DNA from: Adineta vaga
Lineage: Eukaryota; Animalia; Rotifera
Assembly: GCA_021613535.1 (NCBI GenBank)
Contig: CP075492.1
Location: 11,160,001 to 11,224,000 of the forward strand
Direction of reading: 5' to 3'
Length of the DNA stretch: 64,000 nt
Below, one piece after another: positions 1-13,089 of the stretch (positions are counted from its first letter, which is position 1; each line of letters begins with the position of its first letter). The notes under the pieces were generated by a model. It saw only the letters and a program-made list of their open reading frames with translations. It was not told where the DNA came from and ran no database searches. The position numbers and the translations under genes were made by a program.

Positions 1-513
1 TAGGTGGAATGTAAAATGCATCAATAAATAATTGATTAAATACCTAATCTCATCACAAAACAAGTCATGTGAAGAATACTTGTCAGATGTTTCTCTCTTA
101 TCTTAATTCTAGAAGTACTTAAATAAACGAGTACGCTTTGTAATTTAACTGTGAGATCCATGCAGATATTCTTGTTTTCAAATTCATATCAATTTCATGA
201 CAACAAAAAACAAATTTTAAACCTTTCAATCAATTGAAATTCGTTCTGTTTTTCAAAAATCAGAAAGCCGATCATGTTGTGTATATTCAATATTGATGAA
301 ATTCATCTGAATGTTTTGTTTGTCAACGAAATTTTTTTCAGCACACATTGTATAGAGTTGAAAGAGAAAGAAAGAAAACAAACAACGTTAAAAAAAAGTT
401 TGCTAAAAGCGTTATTCAACAAAATTTTCAATCTTTTTTTTAACACATTCGTTATATTATCTGCGCGACTAGATGCAAATATATATATATGCTGATATAA
501 GATTCATTTATTT

Positions 514-901
514 TCATCCAAAAAACGTATCCCAGTGAGATTTTCGTCCGTATAAACTCGATATTCGAGTACGACGATGAAATGGTTGAGTTGGATGTGT
601 TTGAAAGCCTTGTTTTTCTATTTTATGTTGTCCTGGTTGATGTGCCATGATGTGATTGTCACTATTTTTCTTATATGTCGACTTTTTAGAATTGGTGAAT
701 AGAGCCAATAGATCAGGATAACTTGGAGATTCAACAAAATAACTTCGTATCAGTCTTATATCAGACTCGGTATCATATAGTGATCGACTTTGCACTGAAA
801 ATAGACTAAAAATAGTTAACAAGTACATAAAGATTATCTTTGATCATACCAGATGAAATAATGAGAAACATAAAAATAATGAAATAGATCGTAGATTTCA
901 T
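514..901 (-). CDS. Secreted neuropeptide-precursor-like protein (2 exons; intron 795-849)
   Basis: ATG at 901 gives hydrophobic MKSTIYFIIFMFLIISS. A 55-nt GT-AG intron joins it in frame to VQSRSLYD...HRRTRISSLYGRKSHWDTFFG*. It has dibasic sites and Gly amide donors. Confidence 0.7.
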
Positions 902-2012
902 TTTTTGTAAGATTAGAAATTTTACAAAAGAAAAACAAAAGGTACCAATGTCAGTCTTGAAAGAATTCAAATAAAGAGTTTGTGTCTATATTTATGTAAA
1001 AGAATGTGTACTCAAGAGGGATCGAAAAGAAAAGATCATTTGTATATTTGATGACAAAATGTTTTCTTTTCATACAAAAAATAGTAGAGAAAGAAACGAA
1101 TGAAGATGAGAAGTGTTGATTAACATTGATGTTGTCAAAATAATTCCTTCACCTACGCGTAACAACCGAAAAAAAAATATGTATGTAGAGAACTTTCTTT
1201 ATTCTTCTCAAGATTTTATTCTTTCGTATAGAATAGACAACTATTTCCGGATGAGATGATAGATTATGTAGAAAACTTCTAAACTAACATATTCCGAAGA
1301 TAAGTTGACAACTTACTTAATGGAGATTAAATTTAGAAAGCTGTTAGATGAAATGGAATAACTAATTGTTTGAAGGCGTTGAATAAATATGGATGAATGT
1401 TAGTGACTACAAACCCATTTCTTATTTTATGCATATCAAACAATAAATGACTAACTCGCACAGGATTCATCATCTTAATCGAATGACGTTTATCCCGTAT
1501 TGTTGAATAAACAGAATGATATTCTATTGCATATTTAGACAGGAATATATTTTTGGGAATCGGTAAAAGTGAAATAAAAGAAACACTGTACACATGAGAT
1601 GATGAAAGAGACAAATAAAATCCAATGAATAAACAACAAATAAAACGAAGTTTTTTTTTCTTTTCATATATCTTGTCTACTATGAGAAAGTGAAAGCAAG
1701 AGAGAGAGAGAGGGGGAAAAAGAAGAAGAAGACGACGACGAATACAAACATATAAACGAATATATTAATTCATCATCATTCTGTTGCACTGTATTGTTGA
1801 TAGATCATAACAATTGAAAATGATTTAATCAAATATGACTAGAACAGAATTTCAATAACGAGACAAGGAAGACAATGGGATTGTATAAATAAGAAAAAAA
1901 CGAAATGGGAAAGAGCAAAAGGTTTTAAAATTAAATAAAGAGATATTCAGAAGAAGAAAAAACACATCAACTGCTTTATCATGTATTTGTTAATAGAATC
2001 AAAATCAGATCT

Positions 2013-5000
2013 TCATGATTGCTGTTGATCATTTCCAGCTGCCAAATATGAGAATACACATAAAATGGCGTAACAAATACGATCAGCCTAAAAACACATG
2101 CAAATATATACAATGATGATTTTCAACTGATTTAACAAAGCAATTTCTATGCAAATAATAAACTATTCCCAATACCTAATCCATTGATAGGCTGTTGGTT
2201 ATTACCATTCAATACAATATTAGCAGAAGCTAATTTTCGACGTTCAACAACAATAGATACAACACGATGAAAAGCAAGTAGAATATTACTCGCCTAGATA
2301 TAGAATATGAAAACAACAATGAAACAAGACAATATTAATAACGACAACAACAACAACAAATTGACATTAAGCACGATGACTTACCGTCGGGGATTTATAT
2401 TTTCTAATCAGGATTTGTTTTGTATTAGGATCTATTTATAGAAAGATGAAACATTAAGAATGAAGAAAGAGAAAATTTAGTAGTTGAGGTATACCAAATT
2501 CTTCGAGAACAAATATATCGCCTTTCTGTGTGGTACATTTACGTATTTTTTGCAATTCAATAAATTCCTATAAAATTCATTCGATAATATTGATTTATTT
2601 TCAAACATTCTGATGTTTACCTTATCATTTTCGAATGTTAAACATATTCCTTCAAGACAAACTTGTAAAATTCCTCCTTCGCTTGTACTTATATCTTTGA
2701 TTGGAAATTCTCCACCTAATTCTTGACCTATAGAAAAATATGAAAACGTCGAATGTTTTTGATCAAATTAGAAGTTCTTCTATTTACCAGGTAATGAACC
2801 TTTCATCCGTGATGCTGCTTTTTCCATTGCTTCTTTTATTGAAAAATATAAATCTCGACACTAAAATGAAATTTATTTAGAAAATCTTTCTTTAGTAAAA
2901 ATTCTTCTTTTCTATCTACTCGTTTCGTATAAAATTTATTGAGTTGTGTTTCTCCATCTGCTTTACGCCATAAACAAAGTACTTTTGTTTTTGGACAAAA
3001 TGTCATATTAACTAATTTTTCAAACCAACATCGATCATAAACTTCACCAAGAACACTTCGTAGAATAATACAATCGTCCCAAACTTCCATGAATAACATA
3101 TCTCCAGTATTATCTGTTCCCCAATGTACGGTAAAACTTTGTTTTTGTAATAATCGACTACCAACAGGTCGAAGATCAACATCATTACCATTCTAAATTA
3201 GAAAATATTCATTTATAAAACACGAACATATGTATTTTTTCTTCTTCTTCTTTTAATCTTTTTATATTTACTAAAGAAGCGATATTGTCTAATAATTCAT
3301 TAACTTGTTGACTCATTGTTAGACCAATATGACAACGACCAAGTATGCGGCGAACCTTTCGACGAATTTCTTCTTTACTAACACGCATTAAAATCATAAA
3401 TGCAATCAAATTATAAAGCATCACGGCTAATAAACGATCTTCATCTAATTCTAAACGTTTACGATCAGCATTAGATAATGAATAGTAACTAAAACATGAG
3501 AAAAAAAGTAACAATGCAGAAAACTTGCTCGTAAGAAATTACCGTTCCATCATTTCAGCTGGTCCTTGATCTAATCCAATTATATCACGTTCTTGTGCAA
3601 CAGCATCAAGAAAGACATCTTCCCATACTTGCATTTGATCCCATAAATGACTACGTGTACTGCCAATTAAAACTTCGAATAGATATTGCTTATCATTAAT
3701 CGTCGAAGAATTATTTTCAGTCGTTTGTTGAAGTAATCCATTACGAAATCTAAATTAATTCACGAATTATTGTCAAAAGTGTTTGTCAAGATTTGGAAAG
3801 ACGTACCTATAGCCAGCTGAAAAAGAACTTTTAGGTGTTGCTACATGTGATAATTGTTTTGTTTTCGACTTTTCATCAGTCCATTGATTTGATGTACGTA
3901 TATGATGATGATTGATTTTTGATTGACGTCGACTTGATGAACCTGAATCAGTTCCACTATCATCATCGGTTATCACGGAATTTATACGTGGAATGTTCAT
4001 TCGTGGCTTTGGAGTTGTCTAATAATATAACAACTTTTATTTGATCTAATTTAATTAACATTGACTTACTTCATTAGTAAGTGTTAATGAATCCGGTCGA
4101 ACTTGATTTTCTATTGTAGAAGATTGTTTTTTATTATTTCCAATCGCATTATTCGAAGATTTTGGATCATGTTTCACATCAATATTTTGATATTCATTTC
4201 CGTTAACTTGAACAGAATCTAAACAGAAAACAGAAATAGTTTTAGAATATGTCTTAACTTTCCTCAAACACACATTCAAAGCAGTAATAGCACAACGGAA
4301 AAGACAAAGACAAAGAACACAACATTTAGTACAATGCATGTACCAGGTGCTTGATCGGTATTCATCGGACGTGTATTTGTATTCATGCCAGCTGATAATG
4401 ATGGACTAACTGTTATCGTTGAATGAAATGGTCCGTGAGGTGAAAATGAATGTTTAGGGTTAGTACGAAGTTCAACATTTCCTCCCGGTATCATACTTGT
4501 GTGCGTAGCTGTTGCATAGCTACGTGCAAGTGCTAACTTGGATTCGCGCCATAAACTCCCTGAAAGTGTATTGAACAAAAATCAAAACTTGAATGGTTCT
4601 ATTTACCTAATTGAGCAACAAGACTGGTGTTCGGAGTTGTTGCATTATTCTGTTGTTGATGTTGTTGATGTTGCTGTTGCTGTTGCTGCTGCTGTTGTTG
4701 TTGAGACGAAATTGTTGGTATGTTCGAAGGAATATTTGGATCGATCGATGCTAAACTTTCTCGACTACCATTAAGAGGACTATTGCGTTCTGACATTGGA
4801 CTTAGATCATTTTTTGAATCTTTAATCCAATAATGTGTGTGGGCAATTTCAAGTAATTGAAATGTTGATGCCATTCCACCAAGACCATTATTTTCGAATG
4901 TTACTTCTAAACCTTGAATAACAGCTCGTAAGATATTTGTCATACCTTTGAAAACAGCTCGACTTATTTTCTAGAAAACGTAAAGATAAATTAATTGATG

Positions 5001-8000
5001 TGTACTATGAAATTTTCTTTTGTAACATACGGTATCTTCAATATAATCATCTTCATCGGAATATTTCTTGTCAAGATTCACATTTAAACGACTGAGAACA
5101 AAATTTCGATAGTTTTCATCTTCCATTAATTTTTTGACTCGATTAATTTTCAGCCAACCAATACCTTGACCATCGAGAACATTAGTGACAATATCTTTTA
5201 AAAATTGTTGATTTTCACTATGAGTATTAGCTTTTGTTTCTACACTTTGTTGACGAGCAAGCATGGAAGCGTTCGATGTTGCTGCACCATGTTTGACAAC
5301 AGCAGGTTTTTCCGTTTTACGAGTTTGTTTTGGAAAAGGAAATGGCGGAGGACGATTCGCACGAGGCATTGATGTAATGGATTGTCGAGGAGTTTCAGCT
5401 GACGATGCTACGTATAGGAAAATGGAAGTTACATAATAGAATGAAATGAAAATTTCTTACAAAGTAATTCTGACATTTTATGTGTGGCCATTTTAGCCAT
5501 GTTGGATACTACACGACCCGCAGTTGTTGAATTAATTTCTTCGCCAACCTGTTGAAATAATGAAGCATTGGTAGGTGTTGCATTTTCTGTTTCCACCTAT
5601 AAGAATAAAGAAAGACATTTTCAATAAGATTAAGCAAATTATTCATTTCGAATTTCGAAAGATCTAGATCAAATATCTTATGTAATCTATTTAATTAAAT
5701 AAGTACTTTGTTTCTGTTCAAAGATATAATCAAATAAAGGATGTAAACCAACATCTCTATTTTTAAAAATGAAGTTTGTCGTCTTTGTCCTAAAGATATG
5801 TAATTATGAAGAGTCATATAATCTCGAACCATAAACTACTGAGAAAAAGAATTTCATCATGTTCTCATCTATACTAGCGATCACATCTATGCATTGTTTG
5901 AAAAGATTTGATTAAAAGTAATACAAATCTTATTGAAAAATTTATGTTAAAATATTTGAATTACTTTATTAACACGTCCAGTTTTCGTTACTATTGCATT
6001 TGTATTCGAATCATGACTATCTGTACGTGTCATCATTGCACTAACACGTTGATTGATACTTCCTTGCGTGATAACATTTTTTGTATGATTTTCCGGAGGT
6101 GATGATTGTGCTGAATTATTACCACTTGTCAATGTTTTCGAATCGAAAAGTGGTCTAAAGAAAAAACAAAATCAAAACTTGAATATATCTTTTCTCTGTA
6201 TGTCGATAATGATTCTTTTTACTTCGGAAAATTTTTTGTTATTGGTGTAATGGTTGCTGAACTTGATTTGGAATCAATATCATATAATGCATTCGATGGA
6301 TCAGATATGATTTCTTTCATTTCTTCACTCGGTGAATTAAGTCCTGAATTTGCTTGCGAATTTGTACTTGAGCTCACTGTTGATTCACTGATAGAATGAC
6401 TTGATTCATTTCCACTTGCATTTGGACTAGGCATTTGATTCGATGCTTCATCAGGAATTTGTAATTCTTCCGGTGGACTATAAACTGTTGAATACTCGAC
6501 ACATGCTGTTTTTTCTTGGTTTTCTGGATAAATTTTTGCAACTAAAACATATTCCTCGCATGAGAAAGTGTTTCTGAAGAAAACCGTAATTTACCTCGAA
6601 TTTCTCCACATATTTCGCTATTTCGCATTTCAGATACAAATTCACTTAAAGATGAATAATCAGGATTACCACTGTCTTCTTCTGAATCACTTCCACTTTC
6701 GTCTACAATTATAAAACAATAGTTTACAATGAAAAATCGATAATAATAATAAAAATATCATTCTCTATATTTCTTACCTGTTGGTGTATGTTCAACATCA
6801 TTTACTTTCGATTTAAATAAATCAACGGCTTGTCCAAGTGTACTATTTTCTTCAATAATATTGAATGGTATTGATGTTAAATTTCGACTGTACCATTTTG
6901 GTTTATCACCAATCAAAGCTGGATCATAAACACCTGTTTGTACACGTAAAAACGCAACATTATCTGGACAAAGCGACCATTCAGCAAAAAATTCGACGCC
7001 TAAAATTTCGAAAATCATCAATGCAGAGTTTCTTTTCTCTCTCTCTCAAAATGTATACCTGAGTTTTCGCTAAACGAATAATATATGCTGATTTAACTGG
7101 TCGCGATCGAACGAAACTACTATATTGAAAAGCAACAACAGCTCGTGGATGTAAACGTAGTGTTCGTGTATGTTCATTGAAATTTCCCATGATATTTGGT
7201 GAATTAAAAAATCGTACCATAGCAACACGTGTTGCAATATCAACAGAATCAACATCATTACCATATATAAATGGATTATAGGATGTCGATGGTAATGGAA
7301 TGGAATTATTTCCCGTCATTATATATGATTTATCGTTGAGAATAGCATCAAAACTTTGAACAGGTTCAGGATCGATTGACATACTACCTAATGCTTGTTT
7401 TAAATGATTGCTTAAAATATTATATTCAAATTCTGGAATGTCAAAAAATGGCTCGGCTTGTCTTGGTTGAATTATCTAAATAGAAGATATAAGTAAAATA
7501 CATATACATTGGATAACGTTCGGAAACTGAGATTATGTTAGATGTCTTAGTATGAAATTATGACTGAATAAACTCTATACAACAATTCAATTTACTTGAT
7601 TTGCATCGAGATCTACAATCCATATGTCATCAAATTGTGTCGAAGACATTCCTTTATAAGGGAAAAAACTAGCTGGAACACCAATAATAAATGGAGTTGG
7701 AATCAATAAAAGCTATAGATGAAGAGAAAGCAAAAACAAAGTTTCATAGAGAAAAAAGAATTAATTTTAATCTTTTATATCCACCTGTTCGGCACCGGTC
7801 ATACATGTTGGTAATAATGGAATGACAGGAAACATGTATTCAAGTGGATAAAGTAATGCGACAAAGGCTAAGACACTCATTGTTAATGCATTATAATCAC
7901 GAGATTGAAATACAACCTAAATGAATAAGAAAAATCATTGATTATGCGACTATTTTTATTCTAATGTCAATATTTTCTTCGATTATCTTCTTATTTATTT

Positions 8001-9004
8001 ATTATATTACCTTATTTTCTAGCATAATTAACGTTAAAACTCGTATACATAAATCCACACCAAGTAATTCCAGTGGTAAATGTAGTGGAAAATCAACTAA
8101 TGAAAATCGTGTATGATCAGGTAAAGCAAATAACATCGGTGGTTCATTGGATAATGTTTCAATCTATATGTGATAAAGAACAAAGATTTTAAGGAAAAAA
8201 CATAATTTAGAATTTTAGTTCTACCAGAATTTTTGTCTTGCCTGGAATTGATACTGGTGCACTCAATAAACGTAATATCCATGTTTCAATTTCTCGTACT
8301 TCATGACCAACTAGATTAGATGTACACTCACATGCTTGACCTGTTAATACACCCCAAACGGTTTCCCTACAATAGAATAATTTTGAAAAAATTGAACAGA
8401 AAGATGAATTTCTTGTATACAAACCTAGATGTGCCTTTAGATGCACCTGTACGTTTTGCACATGATCGTTCATTGCAAGCATCAATTATTGTCTTTAATG
8501 TTCCGAGACATTCACGAAATCTGGTAAAAAATGGATGATGACTGATAAGACAAATAGATGTTAATGTATTGTTTCGTAAACGTCGTTTACGTTTACGGTC
8601 AGTAGGATCTGACTCATCAGTTTCTTCTTTTTGAGCATCTGTTGCATCGGATTTTTGTTGATTAGGATTATGAATTGAACATGCACGTCGTGAAAAATGT
8701 CGATAAAAATTCATACATATACCAAAACGTTGTCGATTGGAATCTTTCTCCGTTAATGTAAAGACAAATGAAGTTATTTGGCGAAAACCTGTCCGTTGAT
8801 GACCTGTGTTAATCAACCTTCGGGCTGACAGAAAAAGATAACATCAGGCGGTAACGCAAAATCTTTATGATCTTCTAATGGATATCGACGAAGTAGCTCA
8901 GGTGTTTGTGTAACATGATTATATTTATTGGGATGACGACAACCAACTATAATTACATAATCAAGAAGACGAGGTGAAAAATAACGTTTCGTTTGTTCAC
9001 ACAT
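2013..9004 (-). CDS. MADD: MAP kinase-activating death domain protein / DENN-domain Rab3 GEF (multi-exon; 1-bp deletion at ~8813)
   Basis: N-terminal [11 protein letters not shown]...[88 protein letters not shown] and C-terminal [14 protein letters not shown] all match MADD/AEX-3. Confidence 0.95.
4648..4702 (-). repeat. CAA/CAG trinucleotide tract encoding poly-Q in MADD
   Basis: ttg/ctg repeats on the + strand; translation [19 protein letters not shown]. Confidence 0.85.
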
Positions 9005-9816
9005 GATGTAGGATGATGATCATCAGATCTGAAATAAAAAAATAAGAATGAAAACGTTTCTATTAATTAATTTTGAAATGAAACCAAACGATAAGAAAAT
9101 CGTTAGACTAGTAGATATGTACTAGTCTTTTCGTCCTGTTCTCTGAAAAAGAAAAATTACGGATGATTGTAATAGTGTGCGACAGACGTCGTTGAGACGC
9201 TTGCGCATTTAAGCATACAGCAAGAAAAGAGAAAAAAACAATTTAATGCTATGTTAAAGAAAAGAAATCATCAAAGAGAAGAAAAAGCTAGTCAAAGAAC
9301 GAAGAAAGAAAAGGAAAATAACGATGGTTTTTGTTTATGATGATAATTATATTCATCAATTAACATCAGGATAATGTTTAACGACAAATACAAAGAGATT
9401 TTCTCACATTAAATAGTATGTGAGATTCATCGAAGTTTAATAAAGATATATTCTATCATTTTTTTTTTGTAAAAATCTTCGAATATATTTTTACAATGAA
9501 AATAACTCTAGTGACTGACTGAAGATCGATCGATCAATCGAATCTTTTAACTCATGCGACATCTACTATGACGTAAGATAACCATCTGGTTACATATTCT
9601 GCAACGAAGTCTTCTTGCGAACGTCATGGACCGTTCCTAAACATAATTCAAGATAAAATCTAAATTAATTAGAAGAAGAAAAAAATATTGATTTTGTTTT
9701 CATCAATACGAATTTATATCTAAAGAAAGAAATAAGATGTTAATCAAATGAATTTTCTTGATTGTATATAGAAAAGTTTATTTGAGGAAAGAAAAGATTA
9801 TATAATAGATTGCTTT

Positions 9817-10246
<430 letters not shown>

Positions 10247-10516
10247 TGATGTGTGATTGATTAAAAAAAGATTTCACTTCTGAAGCAAAAAAGCGAAGAG
10301 AACTTCAGTTTCTAAGAATGGCAGAGAAAAAAAACAAAGAGAAATAAACACAAACAAGAAAAAAGATCTTAGTGATTTTTAATTCGTTCACTTTGAACCA
10401 ATGAATGAACGAGTAAAAGAAAAATAAAAGAAAAATACATCTCACTCATTCAACATCAGAGTAATAATAATCGATTCATTGGATTAATCTTCAAAAACTT
10501 TGGAAAATTAGATCTG

Positions 10517-11241
10517 ATGGCAGCAATTGATAATAAACAACTCGCATTAATTACGGGTGCAAATAAAGGCATTGGTTTCGAAGTTGCGCGACAGCTGGCA
10601 ACAAAAGGTATTCACGTGCTCCTTGGTTCTGTGATGAAATGCGAGGAAAGAAAGCTGTTGAACAATTGACCGCTGAAAATCTTCCAGTATCATTGATTCA
10701 AATTGATGTTACAGATCAATCAACAATCGATGCAGCAGTTGAACAAGTTACTAACCAATATGGTTATTTGGATATTCTTATTAATAATAGTGGTGTTTAT
10801 GGAAAAGAACCACGTCCAAGTGGTTTGACATTACAAACCCTACGAGATAATTTTGAGGTCAATTTTTTCGGTGCATTTTCTGTGACAAAAGCATTTTTAC
10901 CTTTGATTCGTAAATCTTCATCTGGTCGAATTGTTAATGTTTCAAGTGGTCTCGGTTCATTTTATTTTCAAGAAACAAATCAACCACATTATTTTCATCT
11001 TGCATATAGTGCATCAAAAACATCGTTGAATATGTTAACTGTTCAACTTGCTCAGGAATTGGAAAAAACAAATATTAAAGTCAATGCTTGTACACCAGGT
11101 TTAACAGCAACAGAATTAACGAATTTTCATGGTCATTCCGTTGAAATCGGTGCAAAATCATCGGTTTTTTTAGCAACTTTACCGAATGACGGTCCATCTG
11201 GTAAATATTTCGATGAGAATTGTCAAGAACATTCATGGTAG
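10517..11241 (+). CDS. Intronless bacterial-like classical SDR (carbonyl-reductase type) with a 1-bp frameshift at ~10631
   Basis: ATG 10517 gives MAAIDNKQLALITGANKGIGFEVARQLA (TGxxxGxG). One inserted C restores GSRDEMRG and joins ORF 10639-11241, which has NNSG, NVSS and catalytic YSASK. No introns. Confidence 0.85.
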
Positions 11242-11339
11242 AGAACGATTTTTTTCCCATCTGATTGATAACCGTGCAATATTGTAATGACATGCATTTA
11301 TTCTCTATTGATAAATTTTAGATAATTTCTTTTGAATTT

Positions 11340-12613
11340 ATGACTCAAAAAGTAGCTGTTGTAAGTTGCAAAAAAAGTGTAAAATCTGAAACTAAACAAA
11401 AGCTTTTTTTTATAATTTAGATCACCGGAGGAAATAAAGGTATCGGATATGCTATTGTAGATAAACTTTGTTCGATCTTTGATGGAATTGTTTATTTAAC
11501 TGGTAGGTAAATTGGTTGTTTTTCTTTCGAAAAAAACATGCGAATGATTGATTATTCTGTTTGTTCTTGATGGAATTTTTTCCATTGCTTGAATAGATCT
11601 ATATATGACATTTTGAAAATATCTATTGACATTTATTTGTATTCGAATTGTATGTGATATTTTAGCACGTGATGAAGAACTTGGTATACAAGCAATTAAC
11701 CAACTTCAAGAATCGAATCCAAATGCAAAGAATAAAATAAGATTTCATCAATTGGATATTTCGAATGTAGAAAGTATTCATCAATTTGCTGATTTTATTA
11801 AGCAAACACATAATGGTTTAGATATACTTGTTAATAACGCAGGAATTGCATTTAAAGTAATAGAAAAACAATCTTATGAGTTCTAAATTTTGAATGAATG
11901 CCTTTTTTTAGTCGAATGATACTATACCATTCGGTGATCAAGCTGAAATAACAGCACAAACGAATTTTTTCGGTACGATTAATGTTTGTAATGCTCTATT
12001 TCCGCTACTGCAAGATCATGCACGGTTTGTTGTCTTGTTTTTGTTCGTTCGTTCGTTGTTGTTATTAAATCAATTATTTTTCTACTAATTAACAAGAAAA
12101 TTCTTTTGCTTTTCAGTGTAGTGAATATTTGTAGTCGAGCGGGTATGCTTGAAGCTATAAAAAATCCTGCTATTCGTCAAAAGTTCATTGCACCTAATGC
12201 GACAATTGAAACTGTATCTGATATACTCAGTGATTTCATCAAGTATGTTATAAAGAAATCGATTCCTAATGGAATTTATGTGTTTGTTTGTTTTGTTTTT
12301 TGTTAGAAAAGCTAAACAGAATTCTCATGAAGATCATGGTTATCCAAATACTGCATATGGTATGAGTAAAATTGCTTTAGTTGCTGCAACAATGATTCAA
12401 CAACGAACATTCGATGAAAAGCCTGAAAGAGATATCGTAGTAAATGCTTGTTGTCCTGGTTATATCAATACAGATATGACATCGAACAAAGGAACAGGTA
12501 CACCAGAACAAGGAGCAGATACTCCGGTGTATTTAGCAACATTAGAAGCAAATATACAATCACCACGAGGTGAATTCGTTGCAGAGAGAAAAGTTCTCAA
12601 ATGGAAATGTTAA
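11340..12613 (+). CDS. CBR1: Carbonyl reductase [NADPH] 1-like SDR (multi-exon)
   Basis: MTQKVAV|ITGGNKGIGY, RFHQLDI, GLDILVNNAGIAFK, YGMSK, NACCPGYINTDMT and GADTPVYLA match animal CBR1/3. Confidence 0.88.
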
Positions 12614-12719
12614 TGATTATTTTCCTGATCAGAATAATAAATTTATAGCACATTTGTTTTTTATTTATCGAATATAGGTGTGTTAGTTTAAAATAAATCA
12701 TATTAATGTTTAGTTCTAG

Positions 12720-12982
12720 ATGTCTGACAATCGATCAACACGTATTGATGAATATTTACCAACTCAAGGTTTACTCTATTTTGATGAACAATTAAAATAT
12801 GTTATATCAAAACCAAAAATCATGCCATTGAAATCATTAACATTAGAAAAGGTTCGTCTTGAATAAACGTTTGTTTTTTCTCAATTTAATTATTTTGATT
12901 GGATTTATTCTAGTTAGAAACATTACAAAATGAAGCACAGGACAAATTGAAACAACAAGAAAAACTTGGTGTTGACTTTTAA
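12720..12982 (+). CDS. BBIP1: BBSome-interacting protein 1 (2 exons; not in the ORF track)
   Basis: MSDNRSTRIDEYLPTQGLLYFDEQLKYVISKPKIMPLKSLTLEK|LETLQNEAQDKLKQQEKLGVDF*. KPKxxPLKSLTLEKLE is the BBIP10 signature. Confidence 0.9.
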
Positions 12983-13089
12983 TGAACTGAATGATGTACA
13001 GAATGATTCTTCTTTTTCTTTTTTCCTATTTTCATTCCAATAATAAAATTCTTTGATCTACCATGAGAATCAAGTTCATCTTAACATAG

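Noticed and set aside
274-495. 73-aa + strand ORF
   Set aside because: Low-complexity AT-rich sequence antisense to the likely 3' UTR of the neuropeptide-like gene; no motif.
1333-1614. 93-aa minus-strand ORF
   Set aside because: Non-ATG start, no recognisable domain; lies in MADD 3' flanking or intergenic DNA.
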